Shown: in pieces, positions 1 to 14,200 of the stretch
How the letters are laid out: every line of letters begins with the position of its first letter
How positions within the stretch are numbered: position 1 is the first letter of the stretch
Origin: Phoronis australis
Lineage: Eukaryota > Animalia > Phoronida
Assembly (NCBI GenBank): GCA_002633005.1
Contig: NMRA01000497.1
Span: forward strand, 19,073 to 83,023
Length of the DNA stretch: 63,951 nucleotides
Direction of reading: 5' to 3'
The notes under the pieces: model-generated
What the model was told of the DNA's origin: nothing
The model's input: the letters and a program-made list of their open reading frames with translations, nothing else
Database searches by the model: none
Made by a program: the position numbers and the translations under genes

Positions 1-33
1 GGCCCCGTGCCCCCCCCCCCCCCTTAATCCGCC
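1..33. mobile_element. End of a GGGGCGGAT-type MITE
   Basis: GGCCCC..polyC..TTAATCCGCCT resembles the termini of the copies at 9009 and 23640. Confidence 0.4.
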
Positions 34-1282
34 TATTCCTCCCACACAAAAAAATTACAGGTGTCGGGGTTAAACCGTGGAAACCAACAGAGGCGTGGGG
101 CCGGGAACAGTCGAGAAAATAAAGACTGCGAATGTGGATGAGAAATGAGAAAATTCAAGCATTCATGTGACAACTCAGTATCAGTGCAGGCCGGGGTCCA
201 CCCTAAATGTAGTCCGAGCATAGATTTTGACAAATTAGTTGGTTGTTGATTGCATTCTCATTCAAACTCACGAGCATACGAAAGGGGTGCGTATCTTCAT
301 TTTCCATTTTGCGCTGTTTTAAACGTGATTAGTAACTCGATGAAAAATATCAGTCGAAAAACCTCTACAATCTCACTTATTTTTTTCTTATCAAGTGCTA
401 GACCTGGGTGAATGATAATGTTCATTGTCTACCGTCACGTGGCACGTGTGTAGATGTTGACACGTCTTTGGATGCCTTGTATACATGTACTAGACACTGC
501 GTCATAACACGCTCATTCGGCACAATAGTTATCATACCCTCTGACACAGCGCCACCTATACTGCACTGTGATAGAGTGTATAGTTTTCATGCAGCATTTT
601 CCGAACGACGTTACGTGAAGTAATGTACCTGATAACGTCACACGGAAATACACGAACTTCTTATCGAATGAGCGTGCTGCGTACATGTAAGTATGGCAAC
701 GTGAAATTGGAAATAACAATGACAATACCGCAATTGCTTCGCAGAAAGTTATGGAACTAAGATTATGATGACGTCACGTTTTTATAAACAGATGTTATTT
801 AAGAGCTTTCTTCTCAACATAAATATTATTCTAAATAAACTGCCAAAAATGGCTTAATATACAAAATATTGCTACTTTGCTATAACAAACACGTGAGTAT
901 GGAGACTCACTCATAAAAGCGCCTAAAGCAAAATTCACAAAGCCAAAACTAGATGCTGTACTAAGTATATCCAAAAATATTCAGCATCAAAATTAATTGA
1001 ACAAAAATCGTGCTACAAGATTGTCTTCTTCACCAATGTTATGAGGACATCGTCCTATTAACGATTAGTCGACACGGAATATTTAACAAATTCGGTAAGC
1101 TGTTTGTGATCAAATTATTTGCGTTGCTTGACAACTTTCACAAATATGCATCACTTCTCGAGCACGAATGTATACCTATTTTTCTACATATATGCACTAT
1201 CAACATAAAGAACATCAAATTTTCCATTCGTATAAACGTAAGCAGGCTCCACAATCCCTCAAACAAAATACACTACCTGTAG

Positions 1283-1448
1283 ACGCTAGGACCTACGCTA
1301 GGACCTAGCCAAAAGCTAGTCAAGGTCACGTGCTCTTATTTAAAATACACGACAATATCTCGCGTAATCTCGCAAAGTCTTGTTTTTAAGCTAGGTCCTA
1401 GCGTTACCAGAGACCGTAGAGCGTCTTTGGCGTTACTGAACGGGAGGC
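1283..1448. mobile_element. MITE (TAGGACCTA family), partial copy downstream of the NWD-like stop
   Basis: ACGCTAGGACCTA repeats with inverted TAGGTCCTAGCGT; aligns with 51377-51541. Confidence 0.7.
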
Positions 1449-1613
1449 TGGATTGTGTAGTGCGAGCCTGCCAATAATTAGAATGCATGGAAGCCACGTG
1501 CTCGACAATATCACATGTAAATTGACTAGCCGACAAATTTACTACTAGTTCATATGGAATGACTGTGTTTAAAGTGTAGACCTAGTTACTAATAGGATTG
1601 TTGAGAGATGGAA

Positions 1614-4600
1614 CTAATTTTCTTCGTCCTCGTCTTCCTCTTCTGACGACGTTTCTGCTTCTCCGAACATGTCGTGCCCCATCTGTGTGTCGTCATCACT
1701 GATTTCCCTCGTTTTGTATTTCAGCGTGATAACCGACGTCGAATCCCGAAGACCTATGGCTATCAGGTTGCCATCCATCACAAGATTACAACACTCGATG
1801 TTCATGTCGGGTGTGAACACAGCCAAGACTTCGCCCTTTTCAATGTCCCACAAAGACACGTCGCCGGAGAACACCACGACCTTCTTTCCCTCGTCCATCA
1901 GATAGAGTTTCGTCCTAATGTTATAATTCATTCCTCTGTAGCCCTTAAGTTTACGCAACGACGTTGACTCGAACGGGTGCCACACTTTCAACTCGTTGTT
2001 GGTTTTTGCGAAAACAATGCGACAACCGTCATCCGTCAACGCAACGGCACAAACGTCCTTTTCATTTTTTAAACGTTTTCTTAGTACACCCTTCTGGCAA
2101 TCCCAAACAGTAACGTAACTCGTCTTCATACTGTCGTCGTAGTTGGTGTGCGCCAAATATGCGCCATCTGCAGTGATTGCCGACACGTGGAGAAAGAGCA
2201 TGGAGTTCGGGTTTTCTAAGGTGTGCACATGTGAGCGTTTGAGAACATCAAAAACACACAGGTGGTGGGCGTAGTAAGATGCCACTAGCGTGGACTGGTC
2301 AGCACTGATGACGAACTGATCAATGGAATTGTCTCTCTCCTTTTTCACGCTTTCCAGCAGACGCTTTTCTTCCGCAATCTCCATTTCTCGCCTTCTGTTC
2401 TGAGCAGACAATGTCTCCGCACGTCGTTCCCATGGTGTCATTTTAGCCGTGGAATGACGATTTCGCGCTCGTTCTTTCGCTTGCTCCAGAATGTTGTTGT
2501 CATATTTGATGTTCTGGTCGGGGTGAACAGCTTTCATTCGGTCAACCACACGTCCCGTTGACATGTTCCACATGACAAAATGTCCTCTACTGTCGTTTAG
2601 ACCCATCAAAGTGTCCTCATCCAGTAACACGTACTCGTGGGGAGGAGATGGGACTATATAGGAAGACACTCTATTCAGATATCTCTTGGTTTTCAAGTCG
2701 TAAACGTGAACGGTCTGGAACACCTGCTGCGTGTTGTCGTCGGAGATTGTCGAAAGTGCGCGGTCAGTCAGAATGTACACTTTGGCATTGTAAATTAAAA
2801 CGATATCGGTTGGGCCAACCAGACCATGCTCAATGCGTACGGCACTGCCTTTGCACTTTGAGTTGATGACATTCCAAACGCTTAGCGTGGAGTTGTCCAA
2901 CGTTTTCCCGATTGCGTACCTGGGATTATCCTTCATGGGATAAATGTCGCTAACACCTACGGTATGACGTAATTTCGAAGCCGGTTTGTTAATCATGCCG
3001 CTTAAATTCCAAACACGTAGTGTGTTGTCATTTTGAGAGCCAGTAAGGCAGTAGCGAAAGTCTCCACACGCTGCAATAACTGATACGTCAACATGGTGAG
3101 CCAGATGCTTATGGTCCTCTGTTTCCAAGTTCCAAATGGCTATATTTGATGTATTCGTCGACTCATTGGCAACGACACACATGGCATGAGATCCTAGGTT
3201 GTTGATATACAGATCTGTTACGTGGTCGTGCTGACAGCCACGAACAGTCCGCAAGTACTTTCCCTTCTGAATATCAAATAGCTCAAGGGCATAGATTTCA
3301 TTAAGCTGCATGAATGGCACCTTGCTTGCAACGATGTAGTACTCCCCAGTAGTACCTAGGGCTCGAATAGACGACGATCGTTCATCACATTTCAGATTGA
3401 ACACCACTTTTCCAGTTTTGCAGTTCCTCACGGTGGCATGGTTTGCACTTCGATAACCGTGCAACACGTTATCGCCGCGGGTTCCTTGTGACACCATGAT
3501 GCTCCTGTCTTTGTGTATACTTTTCTCTTCCAAAACCACCTCCTGAAGTAACGTCATGTTGTCATTGAGGTCCCATGACCGCATTGTATTTGCACCATCG
3601 AAGAAGGACACTAGAATCGTCCCACCACCAGCAATAGTCAGAACAGCGGGGTCAACGAAATCTTTGTGTTCACTCACGCATTCGCCGCTGTTGACATTCC
3701 ACACACGAATACGTGTTCTTTCAGAGGAAATTACCAACCGATTGTTGCAAGCCACACGCAACATCACTACGTCAGCACCAACGCTCTTGATGGTTTTCAC
3801 AACTTTCCCAGTTGCCAGATTCCATAGCTTCATTGTGTCGTCTTTAGCAGCAGTGACGGCTTGCATGCTGTCGCTTGTGACTGCAACTGCTGTGATGGCA
3901 TCGCTGTGGCCTGACAATACGTCAAACAGGATACCTCCCGGCTCCGCCAAACACGTCATGGACGGGACAAGAGACGGAAAAGAGCCGCCGCTTTTGGCTT
4001 GCTTAAAAAATGGGTGCAAGGCAGGATAGACCAGAGGATCTTGAGGTGCGACGGGGACGTCTTTTGTTATAATGGTATGTAGTCTACCGACCATTTGAGA
4101 GGCAAGCTGTTGTGGATTTACTTCCAAAACTTTGCGAGAAAGCTGAAGTGTCTCCGTTAGTAATAGCAAGTCTTTGTCTTTCGGCTCCACAGCTAATGCG
4201 AGCTGATAATCGTCCAACAGAACACGCAATGACGTGGCACAAAGTTTGGCAAGAACCCATTCAAAGTTGCACAGGCACTCTGCTTTAAGATCAGCAAACT
4301 GTGGGGATTTCAAAAAGTGCCATGGTAATTCACTTAACTTTCGTTGGTTGTAGACTCTGCGTACAGTGCTGTCTCCGTCGTCGAGTACTTTGAAGAACAA
4401 TGGCTGCTGCGCCACACATCTGTCCAATCCCACTTCATTACCGTGAAATGGTTTAGCGCGGCCATTCGCCCACTTTCCGGTAAAATACTCAGCCATAGCT
4501 TTGTGATAGGAAGGCGCTTTGTCCCTTTGGTTTAGATATCGTTGTACGGCTGCCTCGTGAAACTGAATATGAAACCACTTCAATGTCGTCACGCCATCTG

Positions 4601-5218
4601 CTGATCTTTCTGTTAAGTACTTCTCTAAAGCAGATTTAAGTCTTAGCCACACAACAGGGGGACATCGACGGACGGTAAGAGAAGCGTGAGAGGCAGATAT
4701 TTCCGCCATTGCGGGGTCATCCAAAGACAACAGATCTTCCATTTCGGAGCTTGTGAGCCCATTTCTTGAAGCTGTTATGTAGCCCAGAGTTCTTCTCACC
4801 AATATGTCACCATAGTCTTTCTCTAACCGCCCAAACAATACGGTAGCTATCTTTCCCACCGTGTTGCTTAGCTTGATATCGTTGGATTGGAGATTTGAAT
4901 TCCATCTGAGACTTTCGTAAAAGATCACTTTTAGATAAAGTGGAGTGGCACACGTCTCGAACGCTTTCAGGAGGACTTCGTGCTGATCGCGTGTCAATGT
5001 CCTACGTGATTTTGATAGCCAGTGGTCTAGTATAACTTCTGCGTCGTGGGCTGGTAAAGTAGGTACCTCCACAAAGGCGTTATTGTTGTTTTCTTCATAC
5101 AATCTCTTGAGAGCATTCATAGTACCGTACTGCTCACCGGGAAGTGTAGATAAAATCACGTGCACGTTAGGGGGCAGTTCTCTCGGTAGCCACGACAACT
5201 TTCGTCCATCGTTTTCGT
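1614..5218 (-). CDS. NWD-like terminal exon (end of NACHT, helical region, all WD40 repeats)
   Basis: 3605-nt open frame after TTGCAG acceptor; WLPRELPPNVHVILSTLP, NGLTSSEMEDLLSLDD, RKLSELPWH, GHSDAITAVAVT..DDTMKLWN; TAG stop at 1616-1614. Confidence 0.95.
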
Positions 5219-8200
5219 CTGCAATATTAAAAGGCTATGTTCAGTGGCAAGAAAAAATCGAGACAAAACGAAACCACTGTGAACAAACGTTCATACGGGT
5301 GCCTTTGTTGCTTTCGCAGCCGACCTGGGTCAAAATGAGGTTATCCTTATAATGAGACATGCACACTGTCCATAGAAAAATAACTTAAGAAAAACCCGAA
5401 GAGATATACATGACGTCAGGAAGACGAAACAAGGATGTGTATTTGACTGAGTTGTGACGTGTAATTTGTTCTTCATCATCATGTACTTAATAATACATGC
5501 ATCATAACTTAAAGATACAAACCTGACAATTGGTCAAGGGAGTCGATGACAAGGACGAGAGGTTTCTCTTTTGTCGCGTAGCAAATCCGGTTGTCGAAGT
5601 CATTCACAATGCCTTTATAGTCCTGCAACAAAACGAGTAACATTTTACAATACAACCCAATAGAACAAGACTCCTACAGTTGAAGTGAAACGTGCGTAGT
5701 TGAAGGACTTGGTGAGGCGAGTGAAACAATAATCAATCTTCCTGTGTTCAGCAGAATCACCCCCAAGCAGCTGAACAGCTTTCTGGCCACACAAATGGGA
5801 ATTTTTGGTTAATATTGCCTTCTAGCAGGAAGAGATAAACCAGGAAGGGACAACTGTTTTAGCGCATTTTAACGTGATTTCAAACGTGATTTCAAAAGTA
5901 AATGTTCAAGTTATCTGGAATCCAAGCATTATTTTTGAAAGATTAACTCTTTAGCTATAAAATGACACCACTTTGGTCCTCAAAGACTGCATATTACTGG
6001 CACTGGGATGCTTTGAACGTGACATGTTTACCCTTCCAAAAGATGCTTCTTCCNCGCTGAAGTCGATATTTTCAAAGTACAATTACACCACTGTTTAAGG
6101 TTGCAAAGTGAGTTTTTTTGATATCCTTCTATAGAAAAAGTTTTAATCTCTCTGATGAAATCATCTGTTTCTTTTTAAACGAAACTTAAGTCCTGAAATT
6201 AGTCCGGGGAAGGAGGCCAAAAACGGCGGTTTAGCTAGTTGTCCCTTCCTGGTTATCTCTTCCTGCTTCTAGTGAATACCGAGTCTCTTATAACATAATC
6301 ATAAGCACCACAAACTTGTAGCCACAGTTCTGAATTTTCATGAGGCAATATAGTGACTGAAATCGTGGGACTAACTATTAATTGTTCCATCAGGCTGTAT
6401 CTGGAGGTAAGACAGCATTCCATGTTGCATCGGCTAGCCATGAACATAACAATGGTTGGTCAAAACAGGAATTGTCTCAGCATCCGTCGGAGGTAAAGAA
6501 GGGTCATCAGTCCTACGTGACCTCTAGCCATTGCTTCATGAAAGTCTCTCAGGTGTGTTCATGTAATAGTAACGACAGCCGAGATGGCTTACTTTGGTAG
6601 GGAAAGGGGTACGTCACATGACAGATTTAAACTGTGCGCTAGAGGACATAGAAACGCAAAAAGAACTTTGAAACCAGGGCTGTGTTCCGTAGACCCAACG
6701 ATCTGGCGAAAACGCCAGATCACGCAAAACGTCGCCAAATATAGCTATGATCACACTGTTTTTTCTGACGAATGTGAACTATTAGGTTTACGGAACGCAG
6801 CCCAGAACGTGTTGTAACAGCGAGGCCATTTCCGGTCGGAAAGTGTAACCGCGAAGAAAGAGCTAGCGAATACACGCAGAGTGCTACAAAGGACGTTTAT
6901 GCTACGAACATAAATGGGGGAAATACACATATAGCAAAGAGGGTCACAGGGGAACATAGACTGATTTTTACCAATACCAAAACTAAATAGAAATAAGGAC
7001 AAAAATACCCCAAAACAATAACGAATTCTGACCCAAACCTACCTTCATGTCCTATGAAAAGAATAAGAGATAACCATAAATATCAGAGACTATAGGTCAA
7101 AGGCAAAAGAATCAGAAGCACATAATGTAACGTTTGGGTGTACATCTGCATCTTTTGGGTACAACGTATTTTCTCCGAGCAAACAAAACATTAAAATTAA
7201 CAACTTAAGCACCGGAGGATCTAGATTGTCGTAAAGGGGAAACCATAGTTTTCGAATGGAAAATGTCCTCATAGTTTCAGAAAAAGTCATCACAGCAGCG
7301 CTTTGAGTTTTTTTCTTTCTTTTTGGTCGTGTCCGTAGGGGAGGGGGTAGGCCTGTCAATGCGCTGACGGGAGTTGTAATTGCTTTTTCGTCTTTTATCA
7401 AAGAATACAGCTGGGGGATACTTGGTTTCCCCACTTGGTACGCTCAGCGGAAATAATCACCTCCCAAAAACATTTTAATTTAATTTGAAAATAACTCAAA
7501 CCGAAATGTTGCCAACTAACGACGTTTCAATACATATGGCAATCTACATGGTGAAATCAAGAAGACACACGTTATCTTGAATGCCGTGAAAATATTATAT
7601 TTTCTTTCGAAATTTCGTTCCTTTAGAATTTTGGTTAGACGCAACCGAGGTAAGTAACGTTTGCGGTAAAAATCTTCGTTTTTTTCCACAACTTACATCG
7701 GGAACTTCATCTGTGGCTTTCCCATAGGTGTAACACAGTTGGAGGAGAATGTCCTTTAACAGCAAACGAATGTTTGTAGACTGTGTTGTGACGCCGACGG
7801 AGCGGACAATTACAGCGACATTTCTGAAAAGTGCCAAAATTGAAAACATGCGATATCAAATCATTCAACACGGCAACAACTGCTATAAAGAGTATAAGGG
7901 ATGTCTTAGGACGAGACGACTAATTTGACCTATCGCCAGGATTTTGAGTGACGGCTTAACTTACCAATCAGAACGCAGCATTCTTGACACGCTTTTATTT
8001 CCAAGCCGCCATTTTATCCGACAAATAACACGTTGCCGGGCAAAACTTATTGTTTGTCGACTTTTTGCAAGGTGCGGAGCTTGCGATAGGTCAATTGATG
8101 CAGGTTTAGCGTTAATCAAGAACGTGTGATGCTGTAATTAGGCATGCAAAAAGCATCAGTTTATGTTGTATTTGAAAGTACCATCACCACCAATGGTAAA

Positions 8201-11200
8201 GAAGAGAGTTTCTAAAGCGTACAAAAGCGTACACAGAGTGGCGCTTGTAGCTAAGAAGCTGTATTTCACCCGCTTAGATGGCTAAAACCCAAAAATTGAG
8301 GTAAACATTTTACTCTCTACAAATCAGTCTGATACTGTTCTCTACCGAGATAAGATTCCATTTCCGTTACCAACTCAAGTCACAAACAATCCGGAAACGA
8401 ATCCCAACTCGGCAAAGAACATTATGAGACCGAAATTATGAGAGTAAAAGGCCCTTATTTAATTTCCGTTTTGAGACACCTTAATAAAGCGAAATGCACT
8501 TTTAAGTTACTTTTTTTTAATAAACCTGAGAACCATGAATGCGCGTGCGCGATGTACGAGATCCTGTACGGAAATGAATGAAGTTAATTACCCTGTGAAC
8601 CATTTATGAATATCCTTGGCTGCTCGACACACTAAAGACGTCTTGCCACTGCCCGACTGACCATGCAACACCAGCGGTTGACGGCAAGATGAGAGTACGT
8701 ACGACTTAATCAGATTCATCAAATTCTTCCTGCCTTGAAATTCTCGTGCTCTGGAAATTAGAAAACGAACATCCGGTGAAAATTCTGGTATTTTGCACGG
8801 CATCTACAATTTACGACACTAAACCTTAGGCAAAATTTTATGAAAAGAATTCAATGATTTTAGAGAATTTTAATTTACATTTCGCTGTGACACAAAATAA
8901 TAACTTGCTTCAAAGTTATTGTTAGGAGGTACTTTGAGAAATTAAGGAAGCCGTGAAGGTACTTCAAACCTTTGGAAATGTTTTGTTATCAACTAACGGC
9001 ATTATATGCATCGGCGGATTTAGAGGAGGCCAAGGAGGCCATAGCCTCCCTAAAATTATCCCAGATTCCATTTGGCAGATTGGGGAGCGAATGTTTGACG
9101 GGCAAAATCCCTCTAATCCTCTGCCCTGCCCCCCTCCCCCTCAACTCAAAATCGTGGATCCGCCCCTGTATGTACATGTATGATTGAATTTTGTACACTA
9201 GTTTCATGAAGATCTGTTTGGGTATAATCTAAAATGGCCGCGTGTACGTAATCTTGAATAATTAAAGCTGCATTTGGCCTCGTTTAGCTGGCTAAAACCA
9301 AAAAACAAATTGGACATTTTACTCTCATCAAATCTGTCTCGTAATGTTCCTTACCGTGATAGGATTCTATTTTCGTTATATCAATTCAAGCCATGGCATG
9401 TGGTATTTTCGAATTCGCAATTTTCGGATTGCCTCACTCAATGAAAAATGTAGCGTTTTCTAAAAGTCGCCGATGATTCCCATGTCTTTGTTGGTAACGG
9501 AAATAGAAACATATCACAGTGAGGAATAGCATGAGACCGATTTTGTAAGAATAAAAGGCCTAACACGATATTCGTTGTTTAGTCAGCTATACAAGATGCA
9601 GTCGTAACAGTTAAATCCTTGACGTTGTTTCAAAGTCATTCAATGGACATGTCATACGATTTACACTAATTTCTGACAAATTGTAAAACCAACCTTTCAT
9701 GACAAAAGTGCACGTGAGCCCTGACTTCATCCGCCAGTTCATGAAATGACTCAAAGTTGTCGATCATTTCATGTCGTTTATGTGCAATGGCGTCAATGTT
9801 CTCTTTAACTGCGCCAACAAACTCTTCGCACATGCGCTCCAAGTAGATCCGATGAGCTCTGTTGGATGCCGGATCAATACCGTCTTTGCCCCAAGTCACA
9901 AGACTGCGCTTGATTTGAGTTGGCAAGAGCTGTAACAATAAGTCAAGTTGGCATGGAGGATGCTGAAACGGCGTTTTTTTATTCAATCACAAACCAAAAA
10001 TAATCCAAAACCCGATAGCAATACTATGCGTCATGCCTTCCCGTTGTTTACCTTGTGATGTGTCTAGGTAAACTTCCCGTGCATGATCAATTTCGATTGT
10101 CAAAAGCCTACTACCGCGTAATGGATTTGTGATATCCTTTCAAAAGAAGAAGCACGGAAAATGAAGCAACGGAGACTAACGGCAATGCGATCGTTATCTT
10201 TACCAGCAGTATCAGGGTAGTCAATAGTTCTCTCTCAACGACAGCACGGGCGTCGGCGGTATCAATATCCTCTCACTTCATTTCTAAGGCAGCGCAGTGC
10301 TGTTCTTACGAACACGTTTCTTTCCTCGTGAACCGCGATATTGTATCCAATTTTAGTACGCAGACAGTTATGATGCACCGTAGCAAGCACGAGATTATTC
10401 ACGCTCCTTTCACAAAGAACTGTATTTCTTGATGGAAGAAATTGTTTGTAAGAACACAATGAGAACACCCGTGTGATACGAGAGAGAGGAATAATGCCCA
10501 CATGAAATATGCCAGTGTGCCGTAACATTAGTCCTCATTCTACCTATCCTAACAAGTAACGACTTGATCATTTCTATCAGGTAGTTGCAAAATATTCTTA
10601 GGGATCAAATCATGGCAAAACAACGGTTACCCTTTGCGTTACTGCCTCCACTAGCTGCCTGTGAGCTACTTCCAACCGAGGAACCACTGTGGCTTTTCCT
10701 GGGACCAAGTCCAAGTAGTGAGTTGCAGCTGAATCTCCGATGTGCTTCATTATGTCAGATATCTCCCGCTTAAACCATAGGCACTGAGTCTCAGGACTGT
10801 CTGCTTCGATAAGACCTTGCTCGTGCTCCAAATGGGTCACTACAAAGTATAGTCGAATGGAAGTCATTAGCTGCAATGGCAATGAAATAAACTCAACACA
10901 TGCACACAAAGAGCAAATTGGGGTTTATCTTGGAAGCATGTCTCCAAATCAAATTGCATCTAGGCTCGTCTTCTTGCAGAAAATTTTTGATCACAGCTAT
11001 TATTCCTCACTCTTGTGTTCGTGTGGTAAATTTTCAAGATTCTGGAATAAATTACGCAAAAAATTCGAAAGAGGCTCGCACTAACGGACTCTCTAAAAAG
11101 ACAACGAAACATATTCCAATTGATGCTATTCCATTTTCAGATAGCAAGAGACGCGTTTATCGAATGGCGATGCTTACGTGACGTGAAGTATTTCCTGGTG

Positions 11201-14200
11201 TGTTCTTCTCCGTAGAGCTTTGTGGAGTAGGTTTGGATGGCTTGAAGCATCTTCTCGCTAAGATCCAGCCAAGTTGCGCGAGCTTGCTGTCGCTTGGCAC
11301 TGTCCTTTTGGTTTACATCTTTCACTATGGCACTGTAGTAATAGTGTTACGCTCAGTTTTACTTCATATCGTAACGAACGAAATCCCTCATTGCTGGATG
11401 TCAACACTCAGTAATTTCACCATTTCACATAGAAAATCACTGCGCAAACTCATCTACTTGAGAAAAGCCAGTGAGAAAATAACTGACGTCTACTGAAGGA
11501 GACTACGCACAAACATTTTTACTTCACCTGGGGCTTTGTCGATTTGATCAAAAACCTGGACAAAAATATGCAAGCACCATATTGATTGCAGTACACTATC
11601 TTTGTGAAACCAGCTAGACATTTCACTCGCATGTGAAAGAAACTACCTAGCTTGCTTGTAAATATACGTCTCTAATTTTCAAATGATATGAGTGGATTTC
11701 AGAAATGGAGGATTTGTATTGTTTCGGTGTGAAATTCATTAAACGTGCGACAGTGTTGTCGGTGACGATTCTCACAAATACTCGCTTGAGCTCTGCTTAT
11801 TTGTCCATCATTCACACTACAACAATAGAGAAGACCGACAAGAGACGTGACGATAATAACTAAATTGATGGCTCTATTTCGAGACAGGCATGTCTTAGCT
11901 TCGAAATATAGCTGTTGTTTCAATAATACTTGTAATGTCTCTTGGCAGTCTTCTCTATGGTTGTTCTGCGGATGATCGACAAATATACAGAGAGTATGAA
12001 TGGGTACGTAATGTATGGAAATTGTTAGCAGACAACACCGCCGTGGGTGTAATGAATTCTATCTTCAAGAGGGACTGCTGACAGATTAATTGAGTTTGTG
12101 TGCAATATCAATATAATCATGTTCAGTAATCCTTTGCTGTGTGGTAACGTGATATTTTACAAAGAAGCATTGAATGAAGATAATACCTTATTGGTTGAAG
12201 AATGTACATAGATGGCGCCATATTCTCATCCAGCTTGTACCAATCGGTAAGCGTACTGGGGTCAAATATCAGGTCGTTCTTCAGTCGCTTAGCAAGTGCA
12301 AGAAACTGATTCCGATCAGCCTTCAAGTTTTGCATAAACAGAGCTATTTTTCCTTCATCGGCCCAGTCCGGTACTTGGAACACATCAGCGTTACCAGTCG
12401 AGAGAGCCAGTGACGTTTCAGATGTTCCAGGTTCATTTTTTGCTTCGCCATTTTCAGTTATTTGAGTTGACTCGTCTGCTTTATTTGCCTTATCGGTTTT
12501 CGCGGCGTTTTCTCCATCTTCTTTCTGGGCGGAGTCTTTTGCCTTTGCTGCTGTCTCTCGAGCTTCGATACGCTTCATTTCGTTAATTGACATCTCTCGT
12601 AGTAGCTGGTCCCAATCTTCAGTCATGGCTTCCACTATGTCATCGAATTCTTGCACGCCCATACTTCTGGGCAAATAAGAACTCCCGTACTTCTGTCCTA
12701 GGAAACTCTGAAATTTTAAAAGAATGCTAATTAACAAAGAATAGGCAGATATACTTAATCGAGCGTTACCACAATAAAAAAGTTACGCAGCCCAATGTGA
12801 ATCATTTCTTCTGAAATGGTTAGCATTTCAACGTTTTATGCAGTACATTTTTTAAATTAACACCGTTACGGGCAACATCGAATTACAGTGTATGCAAATA
12901 CTACAAAGCGAGATTAATGTTTTAGGCAAATTGTTGCCGATACTCTTAGAACGGTTGGTACTCACGATGAAGTTGACGCCTGAACTTTGCTGACAAGTTT
13001 CCAGCAGTTGTTGACAAAGTTCGGGGAAACAATGACTATCGTCTAAGGATCCGTGCATTCCCCAATGTAGATCTACTATCTGGAGTTCACATCCGCGCTC
13101 AAGTGAGTACTGCTTTAAGACCGGGTAGGCATGCTGTATCAGATACGCTGATTCAGCTTGACTATCTACAATCAATTATGATAATTAATATATTACGAGT
13201 GCACCTGACATTATGCTCTGTCGTAAATGGATAGTTGAAACATCATGGCCCGGGGAGTAATCTTTGTACGCGAAACTGAAATCAAAATTATTTTTGATAT
13301 TTTGCGTTCTACCTAAATTCAAACTCATAACAAGTGTTCATAATTTTGTGCTCAAGCATGTTATGGTTTACATGGATGATTGTATAATCATAGCTTTCGC
13401 TTGATGATCCCGGCATTAAAGCTAAAAATTCGTGTCTCAACTGGAAATTTCGAGTTTCCATTTGAAAGTTCGTATCTCGAATCTAGGAGTCTTTAACTAA
13501 GAACTTGAACCGGAACCTCATCTGCGTAAACCACTTTTGTACTCGAGTATAGAATTGACATGAATTTTAAGTTCGTATTAAAGTAGCATAACAGCAAATA
13601 TCAAAAATGGTTTCGAGTTCGATTTCGAGTACAACGATTAGACCCCGTACCGAGATGTACGCCGACTTCGAATAAACATCTGCAAGTTCTCAATTATTTT
13701 AGATTGCATAAATTATGAGTCATGCAGAAAACGCATACAAAGTATACGTTATTCATGTAGCCCTGCCCAGCTGAAATTATCTCTCGAGAAGTTTGGCTTC
13801 TTCTAAAGGGAGTTTGAGTATACTGAATTCGCAAGAAATTGCGAGGCAGTCTAGACATGTTCATCCGTCACTGAGAGAACATTGGAAAGTTTTGCTACAA
13901 AAGATTAAGGTTTGCTAAGTTAATTTCGACATCCTTTGGAATGGTTTTGTTTCTTTTGTTCTTGTGTTTTTTTTTTGGAAGATCAACCGCATTCACGAAA
14001 TAATTGTGCTACACTCTGAAAATTTCAGTCCCCACCGCAGAAAGGGCCGACGTCCTTCACAACGCCTGAAAGTTTTTAAGAGCAAGAAAAACAGCTCGTT
14101 AGATTAGATCGAGCGCCCCTGACAACGGAGATGGCAAACATCGTTATTTATTCCCACACGTGTTTTCTGGTGTCCATCTCCTAACTCGACTTAGGTGCCT

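Noticed and set aside
1669-4535. Plus-strand ORFs up to 157 aa overlapping the NWD terminal exon
   Set aside because: Antisense shadows of a long coding exon with no recognisable motifs
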